DNA of 64,000 nucleotides, taken from contig NC_042997.1 in NCBI RefSeq assembly GCF_006345805.1, forward strand, positions 9,734,001 through 9,798,000, given 5' to 3'. Under the pieces are notes generated by a model, which was given only the letters and a program-made list of their open reading frames with translations, was not told where the DNA came from and searched no databases. The stretch's first letter is position 1. Each line of letters begins with the position of its first letter. This document shows, piece after piece, positions 10,073 through 23,463 of the stretch. A program made the translations under genes and the position numbers. This DNA is from Octopus sinensis (taxonomy: Eukaryota).

Positions 10073-13000
10073 CAGGGAGTGGGGATTTCTCTGTGCATCG
10101 TAAAAGGCAACTGAAAGGGGAAATCACAACATCAATAGGGAGTCAGATGCTGTTTGGGTGGCACCAACTGGATCATTAGAAACGACATATCCACAATGAC
10201 GTTTGCTGTGGTAGGGCGAGTGTAAACCTCCTTTAAATAGGCCCTTGTCAAACTCTACACCGAGTTGCAGCAGTGTAGTACAAATGTCTCGGCAGATGAT
10301 CTTTAAGTGATGGGCAACGGCAGATCTTAATTAAGTGGCGGGCGTCCTAGTAACCCTAGATACAGCCCTCACGTTGTAATGAAGAAGGTAATAGGAAACC
10401 ACTTCAATATTTTACAGTTCCCACGAACAAACATGGGTAGACGCCATTCAGTGTTCGAAGATAATGGTGTGAAGGAGGCTTGTCTGTCTACTGAGGATGG
10501 ATCTTCGACCGGTTGGGCATCTGTTCAGCAGCAGGTGAGTCCCAACTGTCTGCAAACCGCTGTTAACAACAGAAGTACCCTCAGAGCTGGAACTTAAAAT
10601 TGTGTAAACTTTATATCACAGTGGCAAACTTGAAATATTAAACAGGCGCATGAGTGGCTGTGTGGTATGTAGCTTGCTGACCAACCACTTGGTTCCGGGT
10701 TCAGTCCCACTGCATGTCACCTTGGGCAAGTATCCTCTACTATAGCCTCGGGCTGACCAAAGCCTTGTGTGTTGATTCGGTAGGCGGAAACTGAAAGACG
10801 GTGCATGATGGTGACAAAGAAGCCCGTCGTATATATGTATATGTATATATATGTGTGTGTGTGTTTGTGTGTTTGTGTGTCTGTGTTTGTCCCCCCAACA
10901 TCGCTTGACTACCGATGCTTGTGTGTTTACGTCCCCGTAACTTAGCAGTTTGGCAAAAGAGACCGATAAAATAAGTACTAGGCTTACAAAGAATAAGTCC
11001 CGGGGTCGATTTTCTCGACTAAAGGTGGTGCTCCAGCATGGACACAGTCAAATGACTGGAACAAGTAAAAGAGTAAAAGTGTAAGAGCTGATGAGACTAA
11101 ACATCAACATCTTGCGCAGAAATAAAACAAGTTGGCCGAATAGTGACTTCATCACCGATGACTTCGACATGATTTATATAGATGGGAATAAGCATGAAAA
11201 AGGAGTGGGACTACTATTAGATCCTAATATGGAAAATGTGCCTTTGGCTATTCTGGTTTAAACTGTATGAACTCCATTTAGCATTTCCATCATAGTTGCT
11301 TATGCATCCACAGCAGATAGCACAGAAGAGGAATTTGATGCCTTCTATGGGACATTGGAAGAAGCTAAATCTTAGTCTATGATGGATGAAATTAATATCA
11401 CCATGGGAGGTCTGAATGTATAGGTGGGTCGTGGACATGATGACAAAGCAGTTTGTCAGTATGGAATTGGCAAGAAAAATTAACAAGGTGAAAGGACATG
11501 GTGTGAGGCAGACAAGATGATCATAACGAACATATGGTTTGAGAAGCACCCCAGAAGTTACACATGGAAGGGCTCTGGTGAGATCTCAAGAAACTAGATT
11601 GATTGTGTCTCCATCAATGACAGATTTAGAAGACCAGTGCAAAAACATACTCAGAAGCAGACTGTGCGAGCGACCATGTATCAGTGATACTCGAATGTAA
11701 ATTAAAGAAGTTGAAGAGAGCAAGAACTATAAAGAAACGGCTGAATACATCAGAAGTGCAGTTGGAGAATTCCATCAATGTAGAGAACAGATTTAATCAG
11801 TTCACTGATAACAGGGAGGTTATTTGGGAAGTAATGAGAAACACCTTAGTAGAAACATCCCAGGAAATCCTGCCAAAAAAAAAAGAGAAAAATATCAGTA
11901 AGAAATGGATGACTGAGGGGATCCTTTCAATAATAAGGAAGAGACCAAAGATCAGGAATAGGAGATCCAAAGAGTACAGAGAGCTGGATAGACTTATTAA
12001 ACGGAAGTGTAGAGATGTTAAAGAGACGTAGATAAATGGACAGCATGAAGAAACTGCAAGGTAATTACCGGCAGGATACAAAGTACATCAGAAGATAAGA
12101 GACCTCTGGCTGAAGGTTAGGATGCTCAAACTCCGAGTATTTCAGAACAAAGGATGGTACCATGCTGGTTGAGAAGATTGACGTTGGATAGCTGGATAGA
12201 GTGTATAGGAGATTTCCTTCATGATGCGAGAGCGACCTTGTTTAGTTTTCCTGACTCTAATGACAGTTTAAAGATCCTGCCTAGAAAATGAGGAATATCA
12301 AAGCTGTTAGGCCATACGGGATTGTCATTGAGGGGATAGAAGCATTAGAGGAATTTGGAATTAGAAAACTGGCAGATGTATCATGACGGGAAATTTCCAG
12401 GAGATCTGATTAAATCTATCTTTGTGGCTCTCCCAAATAAATCAAGAGCTGGATTGTGAACAACGTCGCACGATTAGTTTCTTGAGTCACGTTGCAAAGA
12501 TCATTCTGAGAATTTTATTTCTGCGGGCAAGAGGCAGAATAAAATCTGAGATTGGAATTGAACAGTTCTGCTTTGTAAAATGTGCTGTTATTAGGAATGC
12601 TATTTTTGTACTAAGAATAACGGAGTGGGTGATGAAAATGCGAAAAAACGTCTTCGTGCGTTTCAAAAATTACATAAAACCTTCGACTAAGTAAGACATG
12701 ACATTATTTGAAGAATTCAGTATTTGAAGACCTCCGAATCTTGCAGAGCCTGTATTGGAACCAATTAGCGTGCATAAAGGTAGACGGAGAATGCAGTGAA
12801 TATACTAACACCAGGAGAGGAATTAGACAATGATGCGTTATATCATCTGATTTCTTCAGTTACAATAACGAACTGATCATAGAACTGGAGAAGTAAAAAG
12901 ATCTTACGGTTGGAGGCAGAAGCATCGCAAACATAAGGTATGTAGATGATCTCGTGTTACTTGCAGAATCGGAAAATGAGCTTCGGAGACTTTTGGACAG

Positions 13001-13560
13001 AGTGGTCAGAGAAATTAAGAGAACGGTTTATTCATAAATTACAAGAAGACGGTGTATGATGGTGACAGAGAAAGGAAGCCTAAAGTGCATGCCGAAAGAG
13101 AACAAACAGATCATTAAGCAGGTGTCATCTATCATCTACCTTGGAACTTTTCATCAGAGAAGACGTAAGGTGTGTGAAGGAGATCAAAAGGGGAATAGTA
13201 CTGACAAAATGTTCATTTTCTAAATAGTATAACATCTTGACTAATCGTACTCTGAGTATCAAAACCAAGATCCGTATATTGAACTGCTGTGTCTGCTCTG
13301 TGTAAATTTATGGAAGTGAGGCATGGTCTATAGCATCAGAAATGAGGAGGTGCCTGGAGAGATGAGAAATGTGGTTCATGAGGATAAGATGGACAAAGTG
13401 TCTAAGGAAGAAGTGATGAGTCGGGTTGCGATAAATAGGAAATTGTTTCGTGAGATAAAAGCCAAGCAACGGAGATTTCTTGGTCATATGATGAGGAAAG
13501 AGGGCCTTGGGAATTTAGCGATGACCAGAAACCGTTCAAAAACCTATTATAGCAGTGACT
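10073..13560 (+). mobile_element. Near full-length decayed RTE-clade LINE (APE endonuclease + RT), interrupted by a SINE
   Basis: APE start (LRAGT*N...SGKLE), YASTADSTEEE, RTISFLSHVAKIILRIL, RT core tatgtagatgat (YVDD) near 12940 and FLGHMMRKEGLGNLAMT. Many stops and frameshifts. Confidence 0.88.
10645..11080 (+). mobile_element. tRNA-derived SINE family B nested in the RTE LINE
   Basis: Head ggcgcatgagtggctgtgtggta...ggttcagtccc, caccttgggcaagt core, internal (TA)/(TG) tract and tail gctccagcatgg...aagtaaaaga. Confidence 0.9.
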
Positions 13561-13694
13561 CGATCAATTCCTAGGGATATCTGAAGAAGGAATTTTTATA
13601 TTCCGAAATATTATATATCAGACTATGGATGATTAAATTATAAGTTATTATAGTCCATTGTTGTTATTATAGTGCATTGTTGTGCCATTCAAGA

Positions 13695-13891
13695 CGGCGT
13701 GTGTATCGTTGTCGATTTTTTCCTCCGTCTTCCCTGCCTTGGATCTTTCTTTTCCCATGTTTCTGACGAAGAGCTCCGCTCGAAACGTTAAATCGTCCTT
13801 CTTTCTTTCTTTTCCTGAGCGTCCAATAACAATATACTTCTTCCACGTCTTTGCGTCGTTGTGTTTTCTCTTTGTGTTTTCATGTTTGGAT

Positions 13892-13895
<4 letters not shown>
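13695..13895 (+). mobile_element. Short (TA)n-anchored repeat with minimal hammerhead (13760-13792)
   Basis: ttt CTGACGA a GAGC tcc GCTC GAAA cg tt aaa. The element ends at ggattaac directly before (TA)n. Confidence 0.72.
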
Positions 13896-13931
<36 letters not shown>

Positions 13932-13932
13932 T

Positions 13933-13967
<35 letters not shown>

Positions 13968-13984
13968 ACACACACACACACACA

Positions 13985-14042
<58 letters not shown>

Positions 14043-14806
14043 GGTAAAGAGTAATTAATTCAGAAAGCACTCAGAATACATACCGTAATATGTATTTTCT
14101 TATAGCCAGTGGCCAACTACATCACGCAGTAAGTGATACGTATATCTTTACGAGTAGAATAACGGCTAACATGTAGTTCGAGTTTATAAATGGAACTACA
14201 GAGATTCTATTTGAATTTAGACACTGACTTCTCAAGAAGTATTTAGTTTTTGACGAGTTCATTTTGGAAACAGATTTAATCAATTGAAAAGTTTTAAAAA
14301 TTAACTTTTTGAAAATTCTTGTTGTCAAATTATCGTTTTTACAGATACGATAAAAATTAACACACACATACACACATATACAAACACACAAACATATAAT
14401 CGTTATTTGCGCAGCGCACAGGGAGATCGGAAACGAATAGCATTTTTATTCTTAACACGTCTAGATGCAAATAACGATTTTCTTTTGGTTGGCAGATATA
14501 AGCACTGATCAGCAAAATAATTTATTAGCTGAAAGTATAAACAAAGCTAGCGGCTCTGTTTAGGCTCAAATTTCTTAGCTTTTGTCTGACGAGTGACAAC
14601 GTGTAGGAACACTAGTGCCCCAGAATGCTTAGCGCTAATGGACTGAGTGTGTTGAGCACATTGTGGTTGTTAATATGAGAAGTTATTAAGGTGTTCTACT
14701 GTGATGCACACTACAGCGACCAGCATATTTTGCATCTGAACCTACTTAGACAGGTGAATATACAATCATGTGTGTATTTATGTATATTCTCCATACACTC
14801 ACGCAC

Positions 14807-14917
<111 letters not shown>

Positions 14918-14948
14918 GTACCTGTGTGTCTATTGCTTATGTATATAT

Positions 14949-16428
14949 AAAGAGAAAATAAAAAAAGAATATTATAGACGAGTTAGATCAATACTAAAAA
15001 CAGAGCTCAATGCTAAAAACAAGATAATATGTATTAACACTTTAGCTGTCCCAGTTATAAGTTACAGCTACAATATCCTTAACTGGACACTAAATGAACT
15101 GACCAAAATAGATAGGAAAACAAGAAAAATAATGACAGGATCTAGGATGCATCACCCAAAATCTGACATAGAAAGACTATATATACAACGTATAGAAGGT
15201 GGTAGAGGCCTTATACAGCTGGAAAACTACTATAAAATAACCACCATAGGACTGCAAAAATATCTACTTCAGAAGGAAGGAAAACTGATACAAATAGCGG
15301 CAAAACACGAGCAAAACAAAAAACTGTTCTCAGTATTTAAGGAAGCTAACAAATACAAACAAGAAATCAAACCACCTAATAAATATGAAGAAGAAGAAGA
15401 AGAAGAAGAAGAAGAAAGAAGAAGAAGAAGAAGAAGAAGAAGAAGAAGAAGAAGAAGAAGAAGAAGAAACAACAAAAGCTATAAAACAAATGAAATCCAA
15501 ACTAAAAATAGAACAGCAACGAACCATGATAAAACGATGGCAAGAAAGCCCCTTCATGGTAAATACTGGACTAAACTAAACGCAAAAGAAATAGACAAAG
15601 AAAAATCCCAGCAATGGTTGAGAAGCTCAGGACTCAAAGCAGAGACAGAGGGATTTTTAATTGCAGCACAAGACCAAAGCCTCCCCACCAGAAATTACCA
15701 AAAACATGTAATGAAAAGAAATATAACAAGTAACTGCAGAATATGTGGAGATGGACAAGAAACAATAAATCATATTATCTCTGGCTGCTCAGTCCTGGCT
15801 AAGAAGGAATATATTCACAGACATGACAGAGTTGGAACCTACATACACTGGAAGCTATGCCAACATTATGGAATAACAACAGAAAAAAGATGGTATAGGC
15901 ACACACCAGAAAAGGTCACAGAAGACGAGAAAGCTACCATACTGTGGGATATGCCGATACACACAGATAGAGAAATTAAGGCCAACAGACCAGATATAGT
16001 TGTCAGAGATCATGAAGGAAAAAAACGTTTTCTAATTGATGTATCAATACCGGCAGATGACAACGTGTCTCTAAAAGAAATGGAGAAACTTTCAAAATAC
16101 AAGCACCTAGAAATAGAGGTAACCAGAATGTGGAATCTAAAAACAGAAACAATTCCTATCATAGTAGGTGCATTAGGCATGATAAAAAATATTCAGACAA
16201 ATACATAACAAAAACACCAGGACTTACAAACACATATAACATACAGAAAATTGCACTACTAGGCACTGCACACATCCTACGCAGAACACTTTCCATACAA
16301 TAACCATCAGAGCATCACAACAAATCACAGCACATACCTAAGGCACACAGAGCTGCGCTCGGTAGTGAAGTGAAAGCACGCTATAAAAATAAAACTACTG
16401 AATAATAATAATAATGATAATGATAATA
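14949..16428 (+). mobile_element. 5'-truncated, well-preserved R4/Dong-like non-LTR retrotransposon (RT C-terminus, CCHC knuckle, restriction-like endonuclease)
   Basis: KEYYRRVRSILKTELNAKNK...RLYIQRIEGGRGL, AAQDQSL, CRICGDGQETINHIISGC, RHDRV, NRPDIVV...LIDVSIP...EKLSKY, PIIVGALG. Ends in a (TAA)n-like tail at ~16401-16428. Confidence 0.93.
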
Positions 16429-16506
16429 TGAAGGGAATATTATTCCAAACTTACAGGGAAAAATTCAATTTAGAAATACTAAATCAAATTTTACAAAATA
16501 TAATAT

Positions 16507-16550
<44 letters not shown>

Positions 16551-18610
16551 TAGGAAAAAAAACACCTTTTATCAATTCATATATAATTTATGTGCATATA
16601 TAGATATAAGTATATATATAATTTATATACACTTCCTTGTATGTGAGTATATAAAAGGATATGCCTGTAGGGAAGACTTTACTTATTATTTTTCTAAATG
16701 TTTAAACCCAAAGTATATAAAAGCTAAACAGTCATAAATTAACTTTGTTGAGTTAGAGATTCCGGTGTAGGGTAGCACGAAAAGATGTGTTTTAACAGAC
16801 AAGTAGTCCTTTAGATCCCTTTGAAGAAAATAGTTGACAAACACCGAAATGTTAAATCCTTATCACTTGATAATATTATCTCTAAACGCTTAATTTTATC
16901 CTTTATCTTGGTTTTCTTATTCTTGTTAATAACTTTACTGTGAAGCGAGAATTGTAATTTATAGTTCACTGGATATGGGAGATTTTTGTGTTTGTTTCTA
17001 TGTTTTTGTATTTTGTATTTTGATTATACTTTTGTTTTGTCTGTCATTTTATCCATGGGTTTAGTTTTGTGTGTAAATTTCTGAAAATGTCACACTGCTT
17101 TGTATTTTCATGCTCTTATAGAGTAAAGTGACAATTTCTTATAACGAAGTACTTACTCAAAATAATTGCCTGAAGAAACACACATTTTCCGGATAGTAGT
17201 GATCACATAGTAGGTTAATTATATCATTTCACCAATGTACTACGGGTGTGACAATATATGGAAACACTTGTAGTGATATGCAATAAAGAATGTCGTTGAA
17301 CACATTTTCTCTTATACATGTTTGTATAAACTCTAAGGATATTACGGAATTCCAGATGTTTATCCGTGGAACAGAGTAATCCCACTGTTTAATGACATTT
17401 GGTTGCCAGTAGCTATAGAAGAACTTTGTATGGCATACTACAAGGTTTTTGGCCAAATTTTATTCTAATATATATATATATATATATGGAATAGGCACAG
17501 GTGTAGCTCAGTGGTTAAGTAATCGGCGAAAAAGTAATGTGTTCTCTTCCTAAATTTGTCTGTTTTCTTGTACGTTGAAATGTCTGAAGGGGAAAAGGCC
17601 ATCGCATGTGTAGAGACCACCTGAAATCAAGGGGCATATTCCGACGACTTCACTCAACTCTGCAGATCTTCCTCATTTCATGCCAGTATTGGATAGTTCT
17701 TTCGAAATTCTCTTCACGCAGTATGCATTGTTGTGAAAAGGAAGGGATTTCCTGATGTAGTACTATTCTTGTTTCCGTATCTTTAATTGTTGTTGTTGAT
17801 ATGGCCAAGTTCAAAGCAGTTGCAAATGTTGGTTTCGATACTGTAGCGTAAATGTAGCTAGTTTTCAATAGGTTCACAAAAAGATTTTTTATGCATATAT
17901 GTATACATAGTGTGTGTACATTCATATGATGCTTATATACTTGTGTTTTTAAATATTGTTTATATACTGACATTTCCATATAGAGGCGTATCTTTATGGA
18001 AAAACTGAACCATCGTTATGCATATATTTGGATATATAAATAAGTGCGTGTATTTATCTACATTTATATAATAATACAACCACTCTATAAACAAATTGCA
18101 AAATCCCAATAAACGTATTATAGTGCCATAATTTCAATCCAAGCCTTTCTGAAATATCCGGTCATTGGTGAACTTTGTGTTTCTTGACTGAGGGTTGTAA
18201 TTCTGGCCTCTTCATTATACATTTATGATATTGTTTGTGATGTGGTGTTTGTATTTCTTACTATTGCATATGGGACGCTGTGTTATTTAAGATTTGTTGA
18301 TGAGTTAGTGATGAAGCATGTTTCTTTCTTCAGGTACTTTTGTGTGCAAATGTGTGTGAGGTTTTAAAGAAATGTTGCTTTTGAGAAAGAGCGTTTATGA
18401 ATGGGTTATTTAAAAATTCAATTTCAAACATAACTACTGTGTGTATTTATATCTCTAAGAATGATGTTTACACGACTGAGGGATTTTGCGAGTAAAAACT
18501 CTTTTGTTATGGAATTTTGTTTTTCGTTTTGAAAAAGCTATCTGTGTGTATAAGCACACGTACGTGTGTGAGTGTGTGGCGGTTTAAATTTGCTTGATCT
18601 TTTTTGTTTT

Positions 18611-19009
18611 TTTCTTTTACTTGTTTCAGTCATTTGACTGCGGCCATGCTGGAGCACCGCCTTCAGTCGAGCAACTCAACCCCGGGACTTATTCATTGTA
18701 AGCCCAGTACTTATTCCATCGGTACCTTTTTGTCGAACCGCTAAGTGACGGGGACATAAACACACCAGCATCGGTTGTCAAGCAATGCTAGGGGGACAAA
18801 CACAAACATACACGCACACACACACATATATATATATACATATATACGACGGGCTTCTTTCAGTTTCCGTCTACCAAATCCACTCACAAGGCATTGGTCG
18901 GTCCGGGGCTGTAGTAGAAGACACTTGCCCAAGGTGCCATGCAGTGGGACTGAACCCAGAACCATGTGGTTGGTAAACAAGCTACTTACCACACAGCCAC
19001 TCCTGCGCC
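18611..19009 (-). mobile_element. SINE family B
   Basis: Reverse complement of the 10645-11080 element. Confidence 0.9.
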
Positions 19010-19928
19010 TATGTTTTTGTTATGTCTGACATTTATTTAAGGGTATATTTGTGATTCGTCTATATGTGTATGAAAGATTAAGATTATAGTGATCTGTTTA
19101 TATCTTGAATGTGTTTTTGTTATTTTACTAGTGATCATAGAACATAAATAGAATGTATATGTATGGTACGGGCTTATGAGTTTCCTTATGAATGCTTATG
19201 AGTGGTGTTAAGGACATAACAATTGTACATAAATCTACTTTTAATGTACAGTGATTTCTGTGTGCTGTGTTTCTGTCGTAATAAGTGAACATCTGTTATT
19301 TCTATATGTGGAATGTAAGTCGTATTTGATGTGGCTGTAGTGGGAATTTATCTTGCGTAGGCTGGAACTTTGTTTCATGTTTTGAAAGACTATTTGTGTG
19401 CGTGCGCGAGTGCTCTTGAGTATGGGTTTATATATAGATGTGCATATGCGTGGGTGTATTATGTGTATAGAGCTTTCTTTGGAAGTTATACATAAGTATT
19501 GTGTATGAATATATGTATTATTTATGCAATGTGTGAGTGAGATTGTTTTTTTTTTTTATGTATATAGTTGTGTGTGCCTACATATACATAAGTGTCAGTG
19601 GAGGATTTTCTGATTGTTTTATCCTATTTGGAGTTCGAACCAATTTCGGAAAATGAATTTATATGGTTGTCTGCATCATGAGATAGTCTCCTTTCTATTA
19701 TTTAGAATGCGTATAGTGTAACATATTTTTATATCTATACACATATACATAAACAAGCACACACGCATATACGTATATATATATGTGCGTGTGTATATGT
19801 GTGGGTGTGTATATGTGTGCGTGTGTATATATGTGCGTGTATATGTTTGTATATATATATGTGTGTGTGTGTGTATGCATAATATATACGCACAGGCATA
19901 TATACGCATATATACATATATAAATATG

Positions 19929-20002
<74 letters not shown>

Positions 20003-20715
20003 CACACATTCACATATACACACACACGCACTCATATATACTTACATATGCGTGTATATCGATCGACTCCGAGCTAACTTTGTAGAAGCCTAAAGATAAT
20101 TGTGCTTGACGTTTTAGGAATATGGTAAAAGATTTAAGAAATGGGTATAATGAAAACTTTGCCAAACTAATGTTATTTAGTTTTGTTTTTATAGTGTTTT
20201 ATATGCATACATACATATGGTACAGTATATAGTTTTATACCTAATGTACTAAATATATGTACGTTTGTCTACGGCAGTGTGACAATTTTTATTACTATAG
20301 AAAAACTTGTCATCCTTTACAAAATATTTCATTATTTACAAACTTTTACAATATCGCAATCATTGTTTAAAACAAAAATACTCGCTCTATCCTACAGTAA
20401 CGTCATTTAAGTTGAGGATGAAGAAATAGAGGTAAACGGCAGCACAACTGAGACTGACGATTTAGAATATGAGATAGATATTGATGAGTTTGTATTTGAG
20501 AATGCCGAATTTGAGGTGGAAACCTTATATTTTAAATTTTACTTAGATTACCATTTATGATTTATCACATATTATTCATACATTATTTATAAGTCTTCAG
20601 TTAATAAACATACTAGCTTCTGAAGAACCTGGTAAACTGAGGCTTCGTTTAAAGATATGTTGTTTTTAAGGAGACGTTAGTGAGTTTTGGTTTTGAATTT
20701 GTGATATTACTTTTA

Positions 20716-20856
20716 TAAGGTTGTCCCAAAAGTTCGTAGAAAGTCTTGGAAAATAATGGTCTTTATTTTGAGGAATAATTTTTGTTGTTATTGTTAGTAC
20801 TTGGCGAGTAAAAATTCAATTTTCGCAAGTGTTTACGAACTTTTCGGACAACCTAA
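20716..20856. mobile_element. 141-bp mariner-type MITE / internal-deletion derivative
   Basis: TA|taaggttgtcccaaaagttcgta ... tacgaacttttcggacaacctaa|TA inverted termini. Confidence 0.75.
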
Positions 20857-21357
20857 TATTATATAGAATTAAATAATTTTACAGGGATAAACCGTTTAAA
20901 ATTTTTTACAATATAATTTCTATTTCTTTTAATAAAATCTTTCACTTAAATTTTATACCCGAACAATGCTTTAATCAGAAAAGAAACGTTACATATCTAA
21001 TTGAATTTATCTCTTTAAAATAGTCGTTTGTCGAGTTCTTTTAGGTGCACAATGTTATGCGGCATTTAGATTTTTTGAACTAGTAAACAAAGATGTCCTC
21101 ATTTTTCTATTATAGTATTTTTATAGTTTATAACTTTATATCTTTTATAGCCTTTCGATATAATTGGCCTTTGTTTGAAAGTTTCATTTTATGCTTAGTT
21201 GTCTGTAACTTCGTTAATAAATAATATTAAAAAGCCACAACGGCAAAACTATAGTCTAGCTTGATTATTTCCATTGCCCGTGTATATATACGTGTTATAC
21301 GTTTGTGTTTGTGTGAAGTGCTTTCTACACACAACATATACATGAGTAAGAAATATA

Positions 21358-21535
21358 GGTTTCAGATTTTGGTGCAAGGCCATTACTTTGGTGGGGAGGG
21401 GATTATTTAATTAGGTCAGCTGGTACATATTTTATCGGCCCTAAAAGGATGAAAAGTAAAGACCGTCTCGGCGGAATTTGAACTCAGAACGTCGAAATGC
21501 TGTCATGTCAACGATTCTTCCAGGTCGTTGTTCTT
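21358..21535 (-). mobile_element. Old, degenerate SINE family A copy
   Basis: aaaggatgaaaagtaaag...ggcggaatttgaactcagaacgt core retained. Confidence 0.7.
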
Positions 21536-21959
21536 ACATGCATAATAAATATATATTAGTGTTATTTAATATGAAATATATATGAGTAATCTAATTAAAA
21601 TAGAAGTGTCAAAGTACAATACATTTCTTTATTTCACACTTCCCTTACTTAGAAGAGTAGGGCAAAATTGATAACAGGGGTAAAAAGACTCATTTCTGAT
21701 TTTCATACTACGTGTTTGAAGTCATTTCATTGCAAGTATGGCATCATCATCTTGTACTGTTGCATCAAATATTTGTCAGCCTAGTTGTTGTCATTGAAGT
21801 TTAAAGAGTTTGAAATATATGTCAGGTGACAGGTTTTTTTCAATAAATTTTCTTCAACTTTGACCCGTTTGTAATTGAGGCTGCTAATAAAATATTTGGA
21901 TAATTTTTGGTATTTAGAAATCAATATGGTTTTCTTTTTTGGATTCTAAGTCAACTTTT

Positions 21960-22480
21960 TCCCAACCTTCTAAGTTCTTTTACAGGACTTGGAAAAACTG
22001 AAGAACCGCTGCGATAAGTGTGTGAACCCGAGAGGAGTCTTCATTGAATCAAATTAACTAATCCTCCAGTATTTTCTTTTACCCAAAGCCAGGAACTTTT
22101 TAACACCCCACGTATGTGTTTGCATTGATTCTTCCACCCAATCATGTCCGGCAACCAATGTTGATTTGTTTATGCCCCCGTAAACTAGCGGCTCGGCAAA
22201 AAGACCGATAGAATAAGTACCAAACTTATAAAGATTAGTGCAGTGGCAGTCGGGACGTAAAATTAATTAGGAAGTTCGCTAGGCAATACATTTTGTATTA
22301 AACTTGGCAAAAAACGGGTATCAAACTGTCCTTCACCTTCTCAACAGGCTACACCTTAGTTTCCGCGACTTTTGGTTGTTTCTCAAGCTGAAGGGGTACC
22401 TCAGAGGTAGTGGTATTGTAGATGAAAGTGGTTGTGACAGGCGACGTGGATACCTTAACTTTGGAGTTAGTAAATGTCTC
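21960..22480 (+). mobile_element. Cluster of mariner 3' fragments plus a partial SINE B (~22135-22235)
   Basis: RCDKCVNPRG-like end followed by the TIR-like ccaggaactttttaacaccccacgta, and DFWLFLKLKGYLRG (mariner DFWLFPKLK motif) at ~22365-22410. Confidence 0.6.
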
Positions 22481-22719
22481 TCCTGAAGGTGTGTATCAAA
22501 ACTTTTGGAATGCACCTTGCGTATATCCAACGACGTTCTAAATAGTTTCCTTCCCACATTCACCCACAAGGCGTCCCGGGGTTGTAGCAGCAAACAATTC
22601 TTGTAAATACCACGCAGTATGACCGACCACGAAACTGCATAGTTATATAGTTGTGAAGGAAGCGAACTTCTTTATCACATGACCATAGCTATCTCTCTGC
22701 ATTTATGTATGTATGATTG

Positions 22720-22892
22720 ATCGGTAGCCACTAAATCTTTTTTTTTTCTCTCTGTTTATTTCTGTGTTCCTTTCTGTCGAAGAGCGTAGGTTCGAAACGT
22801 AATAGACTTTCTCACTTCCCGAGCGTTAAATTAATACATTTGTTTGTCGTTTACACACCCGTCTTCGTCTTTTGTTTTTTTGTAAATTCTAA

Positions 22893-22893
<1 letters not shown>
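22720..22893 (+). mobile_element. Short (TA)n-anchored repeat with hammerhead variant (22770-22805), GTAG-loop subfamily
   Basis: cttt CTGTCGA a GAGC gtag GTTC GAAA cg ta atag. Homologous to 58157-58371. Confidence 0.6.
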
Positions 22894-22969
<76 letters not shown>

Positions 22970-22974
22970 CCAAT

Positions 22975-23260
22975 TTAAACCCCCAGTTTCTCGGCTTTTC
23001 CTTCTAAGGTCTTGTGCATTTCATTGTCTAGTACTAGAGGAAACAGATATGGTGCAAGTGTATCCATTTGAAGTATTCCTGTTGTTATTTTAAAGAAACC
23101 TGTCTCTCTATCGGGTTTTATAACTTTTACTTTTGTATCTTCATAAAGCTTTGCTATCGCATTGAGATTTGGAGAGGCATCATATGCTTTCAGGATTTTG
23201 CGCATCTTGCCTGTGTGGATAGAATCAAAAAACTTCTTGAAATCAATATATAGGATGATG
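22975..23260 (-). mobile_element. RTE-like LINE RT fragment
   Basis: KILKAY...AIAKLYEDTKVKV...FFKITTGILQMDTLAPYLF (GVLQGDTLAP motif). Confidence 0.8.
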
Positions 23261-23463
23261 TTAAGAATGCCTCTGCATGATACATGGACAGCTCATTTAA
23301 CCAATGAGTAGCCGAGAAGAATGAGAATTGGTGGTCATTGTGTCAGGCGCCCAGAAGAATGTTGAAAGACATAGATGATATCTGTTACATTATCTATGTT
23401 TTTCAACAAGTACGGAAATAACCGAAGCTATTCCTCCCTCGCTTTATATATATATATATATAT

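Noticed and set aside
15132-16208. 358-aa ORF as a host gene with poly-E/poly-R
   Set aside because: It is a retrotransposon C-terminus, and the poly-R is an out-of-frame reading of a GAA tract.
16550-17465. Possible PLE 3' remnant between two (TA)n tracts
   Set aside because: I could not identify a GIY-YIG, RT or ribozyme motif with confidence.
20615-20640. ctgaaga acc t ggt aaac hammerhead-like string
   Set aside because: It lacks the G of GAAA and has no stems I/III. It is a chance match.
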